Shown one piece after another: positions 63,976-64,000 of a stretch of 64,000 bases of DNA. The translations under genes and the position numbers were made by a program. Each line of letters starts with the position of its first letter. Position 1 is the stretch's first letter. The notes beneath the pieces were generated by a model. That model did no database searches. It had not been told where the DNA came from and saw only the letters and a program-made list of their open reading frames with translations. This DNA comes from a virus, in IMG/VR virus record IMGVR_UViG_3300045988_167652; one strand, given 5' to 3'.

Positions 63976-64000
63976 AGTTTATATAGTTTATATAGTTTAT
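63974..64000. repeat. Tandem 9-bp repeat ATAGTTTAT x3 (truncated by window end)
   Basis: Three perfect copies at 63974-63982, 63983-63991 and 63992-64000, immediately upstream (minus-strand sense) of the ATG of 63700..63975. Confidence 0.8.

Noticed and set aside
1-64000. I searched for CRISPR arrays, rRNA genes, integrase/recombinase genes, transposases and lysogeny modules.
   Set aside because: No regularly spaced direct repeats were seen. None of the translated ORFs shows a tyrosine or serine recombinase motif, and there are no rRNA-like segments. Nothing supports these feature types in this window.

Overview
This window is an AT-rich dsDNA phage segment. Its gene content and layout fit a crAss-like (Crassvirales-type) phage of Bacteroidota; that assignment is inference from motifs read by eye, and no database search was possible. 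Two convergent blocks meet at a bidirectional hairpin terminator (30407-30445).

Block 1 (+ strand, 1-30376) is the late/virion module. It looks shattered in the standard-code ORF track, but every break I checked is a TAG. Reading TAG as sense gives 11 contiguous genes that all end in TAA or TGA. They include a 1,882-codon tail protein, an 1,811-codon internal protein and a 3,903-codon giant protein carrying a DFDID two-barrel RNA polymerase signature.

Block 2 (- strand, 30447-61451 and beyond) is the early/middle module. It reads cleanly in the standard code and never uses TAG, not even as a stop. It encodes a family A DNA polymerase, ThyX, a DnaG-like primase, DnaB-like and SF2 helicases, an SSB-like protein, PD-(D/E)XK nucleases and a secreted GH73 lysin. 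It also holds a radical-SAM/kinase/MazG cluster, a membrane-anchored retropepsin-like protease, an unusual E1-like/JAB (ubiquitin-type) gene pair, and several tandem paralog families.

The RNA elements are a complete tmRNA (57153-57520, -) and a tRNA with a CAU anticodon (61496-61570, -). Next to the tmRNA lies a 390-nt gene-free tract of nested perfect inverted repeats. No suppressor tRNA(CUA) is visible in this window. The last ~2 kb (62.1-64 kb) is less AT-rich, gene-sparse and hairpin-rich accessory DNA, and it ends in a 9-bp tandem repeat cut by the window edge.
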